Part shown: positions 1 to 12,190 of the stretch, one piece after another | Numbering within the stretch: the first letter of the stretch is position 1 | Layout: each line of letters starts with the position of its first letter | DNA from: Octopus bimaculoides | Taxonomy: Eukaryota | NCBI RefSeq assembly: GCF_001194135.2 | Contig: NC_068997.1 | Span: 8,939,749-9,003,748 of the forward strand | Direction of reading: 5' to 3' | DNA length: 64,000 bases | Translations under genes and position numbers: made by a program | The notes under the pieces: model-generated | Told to the model about the DNA's origin: nothing | Databases searched by the model: none | Seen by the model: only the letters and a program-made list of their open reading frames with translations

Positions 1-1720
1 GACGGTTTTCCTCAAAGTTAAATATATTTTTCTATATTGCTAACTATAGGAAGTGACATATATATTAATATTTAAGATAGATGTATGGCTCGCTGGTTTG
101 TAGCCATGTAACTTTGAGAAACCATTAACAATAGTTCAGTGTTAATTCAAAATACACTGATTTGGTTTATAACTAGGGGGAAATGGCATTTCAATTTATT
201 GCTGACAAATACTTTCTATTAATTCGAAATAACAGTAAAACTTTGACCATCAATAGCATGATATAATTAATTCGTTATAATTGTTAATCGCAATTTCAAT
301 GTGTTCCTTCTAATACAACACAACTATTGCAACCCAAACTCATCTCTCTCTCTCTCTCTGTGCTACCTGCGAAATGCTTCTATTTATCTTTTCAAATAAA
401 ATGTGAAAATGGAGAAGGAGTAACGAGTGATAAAAAGTGTCGTGGTCCAATCCTAGCTGGTATGTCTTAGTCATCAGCATAAAAGGAACCTGCTAACATC
501 AACATTTGGAATCAGGTTTAAATGGCTTGCTTGATTCATCTGAAAAAATTGTATTGTGCGTGTGTGAAAATAATTTGTCTTACGCTTTTAACCATATCGA
601 AAATATATTGAAAAATTTAAAAAGTTACTACCGAAGTGTCTTATGCTTAAAATGTTTTAAATTGACCGCATAGTTTCTAATAGATGTGTATCCCTAATTA
701 TTATTTAATTCCGTTTCTCTTATTATAGTTGTCTTTCCCTTTTCCTCTCTTTCTTTCTATTTTTCTCCTCCCCTTCTCTCTCCCTCTTTTTGACACATTT
801 TTCTTTCTCTCTCATTTACAGGCAATGAATTTTACAATTTTTTTTTTTTGCCAATATTCTTGTATGATATGAAATTTCATATCTAATTATTCTGAACCGA
901 ATACTATTTGATTCAAAATAACTAGAATAAATATTAAAATATCGCTTTTTCTTCAAGTAGGCAATTAAATGATTTGAAAATGATTGTACATTCAATTATA
1001 AATAATGCAAAGCTGAAATACTAATCATGTGGATATCGGCAATAATTCTTCTTGATTGTGAGATTTCTCAGAGAAAAATCTTTGGTTACTCTAGATTGAA
1101 ATTTGTTACGACATATCGTCAAAAAATTATTTTTACGACAGCAAACTTCCCCTCTCATATTTTCTGTTCTAATGAAAGATAAATTAATTAAAATATCTAC
1201 CAATTGTCACATATCCGCTCATATTTACATATGGATGGGTCTGAGGCCACAACTTTTAATTTATTGTTCATACATACAAGATGACTTCATCATTTTTGTA
1301 TTGTGGATGGTCTTACCGTGGATACAATTCTTTAAACGCAACTCTTCTTTTAAATATGATAAACTTGAAGAATGCTTTATTTTCAACAATAATAAGATTA
1401 TTAATTAAAAAAGGTTATTTAGTCAATAAAAACTTTACTTCCTCTTCTTCATTATTGTATCGCTTGATTACCAAAAAATTCCATATTTTTAATTTGATTG
1501 TTTTCGAGTGACTTAAGGAGTTAATATTTCCCGACTGCAATGTCTTTTATATATTTGGATTTTTAACAGCAATTAGAAAAAGTGAAGGGAAATCATGAGT
1601 TAGGAATGTTGCACAAGCAAATCTAAACTGTCCGTCTCCGGTAATTTTTTTAATGCTACTTTAGCATGTGATCTACCTAAGTTTCCATAGTCTATGCTGT
1701 GGAATTACCTAACGTGTGTC

Positions 1721-1812
1721 AGGGCTTTGGGTTAGGGATATGGTTCAAAGTTTAGAGTTAGGATAAAGGGTTAGATTTTAGGGTTTAGGTTTAAGGCTAC
1801 AGTTAGGGTTAG
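1721..1812 (+). repeat. Degenerate TTAGGG-like interstitial repeat
   Basis: exact TTAGGG at 1732, 1778 and 1803, plus several variant units. Confidence 0.5.
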
Positions 1813-1884
1813 ACTACACACAAGTGTAAATGGTCACATAAACTGCACACTAAAGTGGCACCATTTTTAAAATTTTACAGACAA

Positions 1885-3127
1885 GTCTGGGGCCAGTGGT
1901 TAGTTGATTACATTAACCCCTGTGCTTGACTGATACTTTATTTTATCCACCTCCAGAAGAATGAAATGCAAAGTTGACCAGTGAAAGATTGAGATTCAAT
2001 TCATAAAGGGCTGGAACAAATACCACCAAGTATTTTGTCTAATCTAATGATACTGCCAATTCACCACTCTTTCTGCTAAAGGCACGACACCTGAAATTTT
2101 GGGGGACGGGGTTAACCGATTACATCAACCCCAGTACTCAACTGGTACTTATTTTATCGACCCTGAAAGAATGAATGGCAAAGTCAACTTTGGCAGAATT
2201 TGAACTCAAAATGTAAAGATGGATAAAATGCCACTAAGCATTTTGAAAGACATGCTAACTACTCTGAATAATAATGGCTTCAAATTTTGGCACAAGGCCA
2301 GAATTTCTAAGGAGGATGGGGGATTAAGTCAATTACATCAACACCAATGCTCAACTGGTGTTCATTTTATCAACACTAAAAAGATGAAAGGCAAAGTCAC
2401 CCTCAGTGGAGTTTGAACAAATAAAAATATAAAGAGCATGTTGGACAAAATGCTTAGTGGCATTTTTCCTGCTCTTTAGTGGCCCTGGCAATGATCACGC
2501 TCAGATATGCTTCTTTTAACGTTCCACGCACGAGCGCTAATCAGGCAGTACTGTCATCAGCCACGTCAGTGAAATAATAATAAGAGTGATGATAATGTAT
2601 ATGGTTGTGATGCATGTGTCTTGTGTACCCTTATCAGACAGGTAGCCATGATAGGTATATTAGGCTTTGTATATTTGTACCACAGTGTCACTTTGATGGC
2701 ATGTGCTGCTCTCTCACTCAATAATAATGATAATCTTTTTAAGGCCTGAAATTCGGTACTTATTTTATCAACCCTGAAAGGATGAGAGGCAAAATCAACT
2801 CCAGTGGAAATCGAACTCATTAGGCAAAGTCAGACAAACTGCTGCTAAGCATTTTACCCAGCACAGCAATGCTCCTGCCAGCTTACCACACTAGTAATAA
2901 TGATAATAATGATCCTGTCTTCTGGAGGCACAAGGCCTCAAATTTGGAGGGAGGGGACTAGTTGATTATATCTACCCCAGTGCATAACTGGTACTTAATT
3001 TATTGACCTCAAAAGGATGAAAGGTGAAGTCGACCTCGGTAGAATTTGAACTCAGAACGTAGCCGCAGACAAAATACCGCTAAGCATTTCATCAGGCGTG
3101 CTAACAATTCTGCCAGCTCACCACCTT
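1885..3127 (-). mobile_element. Stack of about 5 copies of a tRNA-derived SINE (core GCCTTTCATCCTTTCGGGGTCGATAAA-like)
   Basis: The block ttatcgacc..gaaaggatgaaaggcaaagtc recurs on +. The best copy (2893-3127) has A-box-like and B-box (GTTCAAATTC) sequence on - and an ATT tail. Confidence 0.8.
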
Positions 3128-3150
3128 TAATGAGGATGATAATGATAATG

Positions 3151-3523
3151 ATAATCGACATAGCATGTCCTGGTTACAACAGGATTGAAGAGAAAGAAGA
3201 AAGAGCAAACAACTATGATGAATTGAAGAGGTATATGTACAGGTTGTAGATAATGGAGAAAGGGGATGTGATGCCAATGGTGATTGGCATGATTGGAAGT
3301 ATCAGTATTCAACTACCAACATAGCTCAAAAAGATTGAAACAAATGTAAAGATAGAATACCTACAAAAATCATCATTGTTTTTGTCTGCAAGAGTTCTCC
3401 ACAGGGTTCTTAGTCTGCTGACTGTTTCATCTTAGTCCGCTGGCTGTGAACAGATGACACTTTCCATCATACCCAGCAAAGTAAACCTGAGAGCTTTCGT
3501 GATAATAATAATAATAATAATAA
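3151..3523 (+). mobile_element. 5'-truncated R4/Dong-like non-LTR retrotransposon (restriction-like endonuclease C-terminus) with (AAT)n tail
   Basis: Translates IIDIACPGYNRIEEKEE..YDELKR..*..PMVIGMIGSI..*LKK..LQKSSL..ARVLHRVL, the RLE D..P..R..EK.KY..L / P.VIG.LG / LQK.ALL..ARILR pattern, with in-frame stops. Confidence 0.75.
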
Positions 3524-4164
3524 TATTTTTACCCCAGTGTCACTTTGATAGCATGCACTGCTCTCTTACTCAATAATAAATGCCCGGATGCAATACAAGG
3601 CAGTGACTCTCATGGTTTCTGATCTTAATTGATTGGAAGTGTTATCATGTACATTGTTTTGTCTTGGTATAAAAGATGGGCTACAGCAAATATTCTGCTT
3701 AATACCACAGATTTGCTTGTCAGTTGTTGACCTTAACCAGTTGAGCATGTCCCTCGGTGGCTAACAATATGTGCATCTCTGATCACGTGCAGAAGTAGTG
3801 GGGGAGCATCATAGGCATGTGTTGAGAGTAATTCTCTGGGCTTTGAATAATTCATCTTTGGAAACATGGGTGTTTTGCTCAACATCCTTAAACAACCCTT
3901 ATTCAGAGACCTTTTGAGCGGGATGGGCTACTCGACCTGAAGAAAATTCTAACTGGGCCCCACCTGTGAGGTCATGCGCTGTTTATCTTGATATGAGATC
4001 ACCATGTCGTGCACATATAGTTGTGATGCATGTGCCTGGTGTACCCTTAATAGACGGGTAGTCATGATGGGTATAATGGGCTTCGTATATTTTACCCCAG
4101 TGTCACTTTGATGGCATGCTCTGCTCTCTCACTCAATAATAATAATAATAATAATAATAATAAT
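3524..4164 (+). mobile_element. Non-coding (AAT)n-tailed retroelement end with a tandem truncated copy
   Basis: The ~55-bp end tattttaccccagtgtcactttgatggcatg..ctctctcactcaataataa occurs at 3524-3578 and 4089-4140, and again at about 2600-2730. Confidence 0.6.
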
Positions 4165-4181
4165 TTGATACAGAACCTGTA

Positions 4182-4823
4182 TCAAATTTTGCCAAAAGTT
4201 TGGTGATACCAACTCAGAAGCCTACACAAAGTTTTCAAAAAGTTTTCATCATTGTCAACACAATCAAGGAGATCTTGTGCAACTGAAACCCAAGTGTCTT
4301 TTTGATCAGCTGAAAGCAGTTTTGGCACAGACTTAACAAACACAAATCTCATCCCCAAATCCTCAGTGATAATGGACTGAACTGAAGTGTGACTAATCTG
4401 CACATTCTCTGATAACTCACAGATGGTGATTCAACGATTTCTCCTCACAGCTGCATGCACATCTGCAATATTTTTCTCAGATCTGTTGGTTGTGGATCTC
4501 ACAGAATGCTCGTCAATATCGACACTTTTTCTGCCAACTTGGAAATATTTGAACCCCTCTCCATACACTTTCTGCAACCTTGCATAGGCGTCCGAGCAGG
4601 TATTGCCATGACAACTTTCTTTGTCACGATCAATGTGATGATCACACGCTAAACACCTTCCTTCTAAGCACTGTTGTAAACAGCAGAAGTGAACTGGAAT
4701 GTTAAAACTTAGTGCACATGCACAGCAGAGTGCAAGGTCAATCTTTGCCTAGCGGCTTCACTCTGCATGCTTTAGCTTCGTTACTATGGCAATAATCTGG
4801 ATACTTATTAATCAGACCTCATA
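4182..4823 (-). mobile_element. Decayed mariner transposon (5' TIR plus transposase fragment)
   Basis: ORF 4182-4403 ISHTSVQSIITEDLGMRFVFVKSVPKLLSADQK resembles the mariner HTH/WVPHEL region; TIR TA-TGAGGTCTGATTAATAAGTATCCAGATT at 4794-4823. Confidence 0.8.
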
Positions 4824-5130
4824 TACAGCAGCAGTAGTGATACTGTAATGTTGGTTCATAAACATTGACACAAAACCAGAGACTGAGAGTGAGGTATAGC
4901 TGATTAAAGAACTGCTACTTATTTAATGAACTCCCCTCCCCTAAGGTTGATTAAATAAGTACAAGTCATCCAGTAAAATTTGAATTCAGAATGTAAAGAG
5001 ATGAGAGTAAATGCTGCAAACCATTTTCCCCTCTGTTCTAATAATTCAACTAATTCAGCATTGTCTATGCTTCTAATATGAAGCGTTCCATTAACTTGTG
5101 CTGTACTAAACACCTCCTATAAATAGAACC

Positions 5131-5167
<37 letters not shown>

Positions 5168-7061
5168 TCCTTCCTTCAAGGCAATATTTTCCTGGATGCA
5201 TTACATGAAGAAGAAATTTCCTTTGGTCCTTTTATTATCTAATAGGTTATGCATTCCCACCATGATCTCTGCATACATTAAATTATTTGATCTTGTAATC
5301 AAGGCAACATACCTCACATTTTCCTGCAGTACTGCAACAACACCTGGAAACCTTCCAGTACTTAAAGTCACCTAACTGTTTGATCAGATCTGGCAACCTG
5401 TTGCATCTGCAACAGCTAAACAAGTGAACAAAACCATCTTCTTAAACATAATTTTTCTTTAGATAATCAAAGTTTTTTTAATAAGGCCCCTAAGTGGTTT
5501 TCTAACAGCAATTCAGTTACGAGAACCCTGTGTAGATCAGTTTCAGGGGGTCATACACAATCATCGACAACAACATTTTCACCTACAACTACAACACAAC
5601 TTCAATGTGGTTGCTCGACCTGCTAGAAATAGTTGCCAAGTCTCCTTCGATTCAACCCTAGAATCTTAAGAAAAGAAAGGATACTCTAGATAATGTTATA
5701 CTTGATTCACATAATGGAAGGGATGGTTATAGCTAGAGAATCTTTGATCATCAGTCAAGATGATCAGAGTTGATATGAGAGGGACAAAACATCAGTAACA
5801 ACTACTATCAAAAAAGTGAAGGATCCCTCCATAAATTGCACAGCCTCCAAATCCCCAATTACAGCTGAAACATTTGAATCCCCTCAGCTCACACCTAGTC
5901 AAGAGGATCTTTACCAACTTGGCACAATCCTGTATTAACAACACACCTGCTTCCACATTTGCTGCTTGCTTAGATTGCAACTCCACACTACACAAGAATT
6001 CCCAAATTTACCTTCTCTGCGCCACCAGTCTCATCACTTACATACCGTTACCACCTACACAATCTCCTCTGATTGCTTCAAACCCTACAAGATGTCTTGT
6101 CCTTATAGAGCCATTTCCATCCTTCTCAAGCAACTATGTTTTTAAGAGCTAGCTGCTCTCATTACCAAACTCTTTCTCTTTCTTCTTTACATGAATCTAT
6201 CTAAACCATTGGAAACCTACAACAGTGTGTCCCATTGCCAGGAAGGGCAAACTCTCTCACCATACAAACCAATTGTTCTCACTTCCAAAATCTGGAATGC
6301 TATGGAATGTTTTGGAAATGTATATTGGTAAAGGATGTAAATATTACTGAGAAAATTGAAGAAGAAAAAATAAAGCCCAATACTTTACAAATAGAGTCAC
6401 TTGTGGTATTTGTTCTACACTGAGTTATAGACACTCCCTGTTACTCCTGCTGTCAGAAATACAATGAACCAATAATTGGCCAATTGAAAATGTGTAATCA
6501 TTGACGCTATTGTATATCAAATGTGATATAAATAATAAAAAAAGCATATATTCATCCACAAATACCATTTTCAGCTAATTTTTCTGTGGTAACATTATAT
6601 CCGCATATATATAAACGAAACGAAAGGCTGTTGTTGTTGTTGTTGTTGCTTATCCCAGATCAACTCTGATAAAGCAGACATTGAAATGTGTTCCAGCAGT
6701 GTCCATACAGACTGTATCTGGTATCTAGCAGAGTATGATTTCATGGAGATTCCACTGCTGATCATCAAATGCATAAAGGTACTCTTATCAGCTCATGAAA
6801 GGAAAAGTTTTTATGGATGGATGACTTTTCTAATACAAACCAGGTTTTAAAAAAAGATAAAGCTACAAAGTAACTATAATGTCAACATATTGACTTCTGT
6901 CTATCACGTTCCTTGACATAATTTTCAGAATATATTGTAGTCAAAATCAATACTGTACCATGGATATTAATTCATAAATAATGAGAACTGATGTCTAGGC
7001 AAAGGGTATTGTTAGGCAAAGTGGTGGCAGTTAAAAGTTAAAGGCTAGAAATGTAAGTCAC

Positions 7062-7937
7062 TTAACCCTTTCATTACCATATTTCTGCTCTGATATACAA
7101 CTTTGCTTTAATTAGTTTTTTAAATAATTAAGAATTTACACAATAATTTTGTCATTATTAAGCAGGTGCTTAAAGCAGCAAGCTGGCAGAATCATTAGCA
7201 TGCGGAGCAAAATGCTTAGCAGTATTTCATCCATCTTTACGTTCTGAGTTCAAATTCTGCCGAGGTCAACGTTGCCTTTCACCCTTTTGGGTTTCATAAA
7301 ATTAGTACCAGTTACGCACTGGGGTTGATGTAATCGATTTAATCCTTTCCCCCAAATTTGAGGCCTTGTGCTTCCAGTAGAAAGGATTATTAAGCTGGTG
7401 CTTGGAACTTATGGTATTTGGGGCTGGTTGTGCAAGGGCCTTGCTTTTTTTTAATGTTTACTGTAAGGCCAAAGCAATGGTAGGCCATGGCAAATTTGTT
7501 CATTTCTGGTTGCAATGCTGCATAAAGTTCCTCCAGACAATCCAGGAGGACTTTTCAATCTTAGTAGACTTTGATCTAACACACATGCAACATAACTTGG
7601 AACTTATTTTAACATGAAATTTTGATGGAAGATTTAAATTTAGATCACTTTAACCCTTTTGATACCAATCTGGCTGAAACTGGCTCTGGCTCTGTAGTAC
7701 AAATGTTTTGTTTTCATAAGTTTTGAATTAAAATCTTCCACCAAACCTTAGTCACAATTTATGTTCCTAACACCAGCTTAATGATAACTAAGTTATTTTA
7801 CTAAATTCTTTGTTACATTTAAAATTAATTGAAAGAAACACAGAGCATCTCAAAATAAAATACAATAACAAAAGGGTTAAAACAGGAAGTTTGCATCCTA
7901 GAACCAAGGGTGGTCTTAGATGAGTTGGTAGTATTAA
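7062..7937. mobile_element. Nested TTAA (piggyBac-type) MITE A containing a SINE and MITE B
   Basis: TTAA-CCCTT start. Inner MITE B 7654-7876 is flanked by TTAA with CCCTTT/AAAGGG ends. Confidence 0.7.
7172..7385 (+). mobile_element. Full-length tRNA-derived SINE with 18-bp target-site duplication
   Basis: TSD attattaagc(a/t)ggtgctt at 7154-7171 and 7386-7403; B-box GTTCAAATTC. Confidence 0.85.
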
Positions 7938-8552
7938 AAATTAGCAAAAATGAAGATCTTTACTCAAACAAAGATTTTGTATAAGTCTCTAATTATGAAA
8001 TATCTCCTCTCAAAATGATAAAAATTAAAATACAGGATATGAAAATAAAATGAAAGGATGTAGTTAACTAGTTAACCAAAATGGGGTTTCACCAAAGGAT
8101 CCCTGCAGTAATGTTACCCAACAGGATGTGTAGCTCAGAGGTGAGAGAGTCTCTCTGAGTTGAGCTGCTACTTTTATGCATTGAGAGGCTACCGCTTCAG
8201 TACTAGAGATATATCATTAGAACAATGCAGGAAAGAATTGCAGAACAGATTCTTCAAACTGAGTCAACTGGGAGGAGACCAACAATGAAATAATTGGATA
8301 ATATCCACAGCCTCAGTTGGTCACACTTGGGAATTCCAGCCAGAAAGTTTACCCCTTTAGCATTTAAACCAGCCATATCAGGTTCAAATATTATAATTGT
8401 TTTAAATTCAAACTAGCTAGATATGGCCACTCCCACCTACCCTTCAATGTCTTTCTAAAAAGAAACAATCCCATCATTGAAATCTTGAAGCTATGAGATA
8501 ATGCATGATTGATTCAAAATGATGTGAATAAATAAGTATTATGGAGAAAGTT

Positions 8553-8815
8553 CAGAGAGCTTTTACCTTTGTTGACAACCAAAGGCTTTCTCTCACCAAG
8601 TGAAGGGAAGATTGTATGATGCATGTGTACGAACAGCAATGCTGCAAGGTAGTGAAGTGTGGGTCATGAATGTGGAGGACATACAAAGGCTGGAGAGGAA
8701 TGAAACTGGTATACTCTGCTGGCTGTGTGATATCAGTGTGCACATGAAACAGATCGCTGGTATATCGAGAGACAAGTTGGGCATAAAAAGAATTAGATGC
8801 AATGTGTAAGAGAGG
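8553..8815 (+). mobile_element. RTE-clade LINE ORF2 fragment
   Basis: FRELLPLLTTKG..KGRLYDACVRTAMLQGSEVW..LERNE..LCWLC; post-RT region typical of RTE elements. Confidence 0.8.
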
Positions 8816-9380
8816 GTTAATAAATGGCTGCTTCTGATAGGACCATAAGGAGGAGGTGCCTGTGGATTTTACCCCCTCAACAATCCTGCCAGAAGTAGTG
8901 GGTGGAGAGGATGAATGGATATAGTTTCTTATTTAATGATTTTTTTTTTTTTCAATTAGAATAAAGACTTGTATGCTGAGGGTGCTGCTATATCCTGTCA
9001 CTGAATGCAGGAGATGATATCTCAACAAGCAGCTCTATAAGTGTCTTGGTACCTTCCACCACAAGGGGTAAAAAAATTAAATATACGATATAAAAATAAA
9101 GTAGAAGGAAGTAGTTACTTCTTGATTTTTTTTTCTTATTATTATGATTTATGTTCAATAAGTCTACAAATTTAGACTCTAGCAAATGCACCACAGTTCC
9201 ATGGTCTTCTTTCTCATCTTCATTGTAATAGTTATTGTTGGTATTGTGGCTACCACTGTTGTCATATTATAGTTTCATTGTATAGATGTTAGAATCCTTG
9301 CCAGCATGGAAGAGGAAACATTAAATGATGATGATGAATCCTTATCTACACCATCTTGATCTTGGTCCATCTCATCTGTA

Positions 9381-9599
9381 TGAGGGGGTGCTGAAAAGTT
9401 CCTGGCTTTCGGTAAAAGAAAATACAGGAGGCTCAGTTAATTATGATTTTATTCAACATATTCCCATTTTGAATTCACACACTTATTGCAGCAGTCCTTC
9501 AGTTTTTCTAAGCCCTGTAAAAAAGAACTTGGAAGGCTGGGCTTCCAACTAGGCCTTTCGTGATACCCTTAAGGCTGGGAACTTTTCAGCACCCCCTTG
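9381..9599. mobile_element. Mariner-type MITE, 219 bp, TA TSD
   Basis: TIRs (t/c)(g/a)agggggtgctgaaaagttcc at both ends, TA at 9379-9380 and 9600-9601; second copy inverted at 56547-56756. Confidence 0.85.
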
Positions 9600-9865
9600 T
9601 ATAACTCAAAATTCTCAAATGCAATCACACTGCATTTTCCTAAAGCTTCTATGGACTTTTGCTACCCAGGTCTTTTATCTCAGTGCAGGTATGTATGTAT
9701 GGTTAAGAAGCTTTTTCCCAATTATGTAGCGTCGGTTCATTCCTCCTGCATGGCACCTTGGACAAGTGGCTTCTACTCTAGTCCTGGGTTGACCAAGGCC
9801 TTGTGAGTGGATTTGGCTGATAGAAACTCAGAAAAAGTCATTGAAGCCCTTTGTATATATGTATA

Positions 9866-10100
9866 CAGGGTGGCCCAAAAGTAGGTTTACAGTCATTCAA
9901 CTATCTCTTTTGCATTCATATATTAACAGTTTAGATCTTAATTATAAAAAAATATGAAACCATAATTCTATGCTAATTTAGTTAATTTTGTCAAGCTCCT
10001 TTTTCAGTTTGTAGGATAGAAATTTAAATCTAATAAAATGTTTTAAAAGAAATTTAAAGTGCCTACGTGATAACTGTAAACCTACTTTTGAGCCACCCTG
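9866..10100. mobile_element. Tc1-type MITE, 235 bp, TA TSD
   Basis: 28-bp TIR CAGGGTGGC(C/T)CAAAAGTAGGTTTACAGT with one mismatch, flanked by TA. Confidence 0.9.
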
Positions 10101-10160
10101 TACATGTATATATATTCATGTGTGTTTGTGTACTATTGTCTATATATTACATGACAATAT

Positions 10161-10341
10161 GCCAGTGGCACGTAAAAAGCACCCAGTACACTCTCGGAGT
10201 GGTTGGCATTAGGAAGGGCATCCAGCTGTAGAAACATTGCCAGATCAGATTGGAGCCTGGTGCAGCCACTGGCTCTCCAGACCTCAGTCAAAATGTCCAA
10301 CCCATGCTAGCATGGAAAACGGACGTTAAACGATGATGATG
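10161..10341 (+). mobile_element. SINE 3' part with GGAAGGGCATCCAGCTGTAGAAA core and GGACGTTAAACGATGATG tail
   Basis: Near-identical copies at 23527-23690 (+) and 59975-60095 (-). Confidence 0.8.
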
Positions 10342-10386
10342 AACGAGTGTGTGTGCACGTGTGTGTGTATGTGCATGCATGTGTAT

Positions 10387-10547
10387 CACTTAAAGTGGAT
10401 GGAACTTGTGGAAAAGGAAGACCCAGGAAGATAAGGGACATAGTACTGAAGGTTGATCTTAAGACGCTCAGCCTTATGAAGGAGATGACCACGATATCTG
10501 GTGCTTTGTTTTATTCAGAAAAGACTAGTCCAACACAGCAGAACTGA
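10387..10547 (+). mobile_element. RTE LINE C-terminal fragment
   Basis: VDGTCGKGRPRK..DLKTLSL..EMT; RTE GxRxRGRPxxxW motif. Confidence 0.7.
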
Positions 10548-11374
10548 TAACCTAAAACCACCTTGATAACGCTTGTCCATGAGGGGCTCTGCCCCACCCC
10601 CTCCTCCATCCTCTTTGCTCTGTCAACCTTCCTCCCACCACATTTCATCCCCTAATACCTATTACCTCGCTATCATCCAAGAGCAGAATAGGCATATACT
10701 ACATACTTCGTGTCTTCTTTCAGCTTCTATCTCAACCAATCGCCTCTTTTCTATGCATTCTCTTCCCTTTGCTGTTCGCCATCATCAACACCTTGCTTCC
10801 TTCTTCCAGCAATCATCCTCAGTGCCCTCTCATATCTACTGCAATCCCTGCTCCCAAGCCTCTCCTATATTTTCTCACCATCATTTGCTACAGTCACCCC
10901 CAATCCTATCCACTCCCCTAGCTCAAACCCCCACCTATTCTCACCACCCCAACTTCCCCCAAGAGTATGCCCTGACACATCTTTGCCATCATCTCCCTCA
11001 TTATCACTCTTTATCTTTCTCTCTCCTTTCTTTTCCACCTGGGTTATCCAGCAACACACCTACTCCTGTCCCTCTATACCTGTAATCTCTCAAGTGGCAC
11101 AAAGCCACACCCACTCACTACTACTCCCCCACCCAGTCGAGGTGTTTTTGTCTTACAAAGTACTTGGTGACCCTGTTGGTATTGGTGCCATATAAAAAAA
11201 CACCCAATATACTCTGCAAAGTGGTTGTTGTTAGGAAGGGTATCCAGCCATAGAAACTGTGCCAAAATAGACAATGGAACCTGGTTTTGCCAGTTCCTGT
11301 CAAACTGTCCAATGTCCATGCCAGCATGGAAAACGGACATTAAATGATGAACACACACACACGGAAGCACAGAC

Positions 11375-11733
11375 ATGCTGATGTCTTAAGAAGTTTGCTT
11401 CCCAACAATATGGTTTTGGGTTTAGTCAAACTGTGACACCTTGGGCAAGTGTTTTCTACTATAGCCTTGGGTTGACCAAAGGCTTGTGAGTTGATTTGGT
11501 AGATGGAAACTGAAAGAAGCCCTTAATTTATATGTGTGTGTGTGTGTCATTGTGTTTGTCTCCCCCTAACTACTTGACAAGTACTGTTGGAACTAGTGGT
11601 TCAGCAAAAGAGCCTGATACAATAAGCACCAGGCTTATAAATAAGAATTGGAGTTGATACACTCCACTGAACTTTCCAAGGCAGTGCTCCAGCATGGCTG
11701 CAGCTCAATGACTGAAACAAGTAAAAGATAAAA
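11375..11733 (+). mobile_element. CORE-type tRNA SINE (representative of many copies in the window)
   Basis: head ttaagaagtttgcttcccaac, ACCTTGGGCAAGTG CORE-like start, gatttggtagatggaaactgaaagaagcc, TG spacer and tail; other copies at e.g. 9700-9850, 29190-29320, 51382-51528. Confidence 0.75.
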
Positions 11734-11831
11734 TATATATCATCATTTAACTTCCATTTTCCATGCTGGCAAGGACTGGATGGTTTGGCAGGAGCTGCAC
11801 CAGGCTCTGATTGTCTGTTTTGGCATAGTTT

Positions 11832-12190
11832 TGTAGTAACGCCGTGCGCATGCGTAGTCTCACGCATGCGTGGAATTCAACAAGCAAGCTTTCCCGCTTC
11901 ATTCTGTCTCTTTCTTGCTGGCCAGCGATTGAGCATGGACATGTTTAGCTGTCTCTCTCCATCTTTCGAACTTACGCTCGACAGCTCGCTTACATCTACA
12001 TACCAACGTCCCAACAACCATGCTCACAAACACAGAAGCAGTAACAACAAACAAGAGCTAAAGATGTATATATTTACCACCTGAATAAATGTTGTTTAAG
12101 TTGATAGTCTGGAGTTCAGCATCCCGTTAATTTCTTAATATTATATAGGAAAGTCAGGTATACATCTAATGATGTATAACCCACTTTCCT
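11832..12190 (+). mobile_element. LTR-like insertion splitting a SINE, ending in a 50-bp hairpin
   Basis: Starts TGTAGTAAC, has AATAAA at about 12084 and CA at 12120-12121. ATAGTTT is duplicated at 11825-11831 and 12191-12197. CpG-rich. Confidence 0.45.

Noticed and set aside
1021-1511. Overlapping ORFs and a possible - strand exon pair (..LKEELRLKNCIHG|GTAAGA; ENMRGEVCC..)
   Set aside because: No recognisable protein family, a weak acceptor and AT-rich composition; not supportable without expression data.
2893-3127. tRNA genes suggested by A/B-box motifs in many repeats
   Set aside because: These are SINE heads; no cloverleaf or acceptor stem is present.
10573-11195. 170-aa and 161-aa Ser/Pro/His-rich ORFs
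   Set aside because: They arise from a CT-rich low-complexity tract; similar purine/pyrimidine-skewed tracts occur at 21660-22140, 27130-27780 and 47820-48220.
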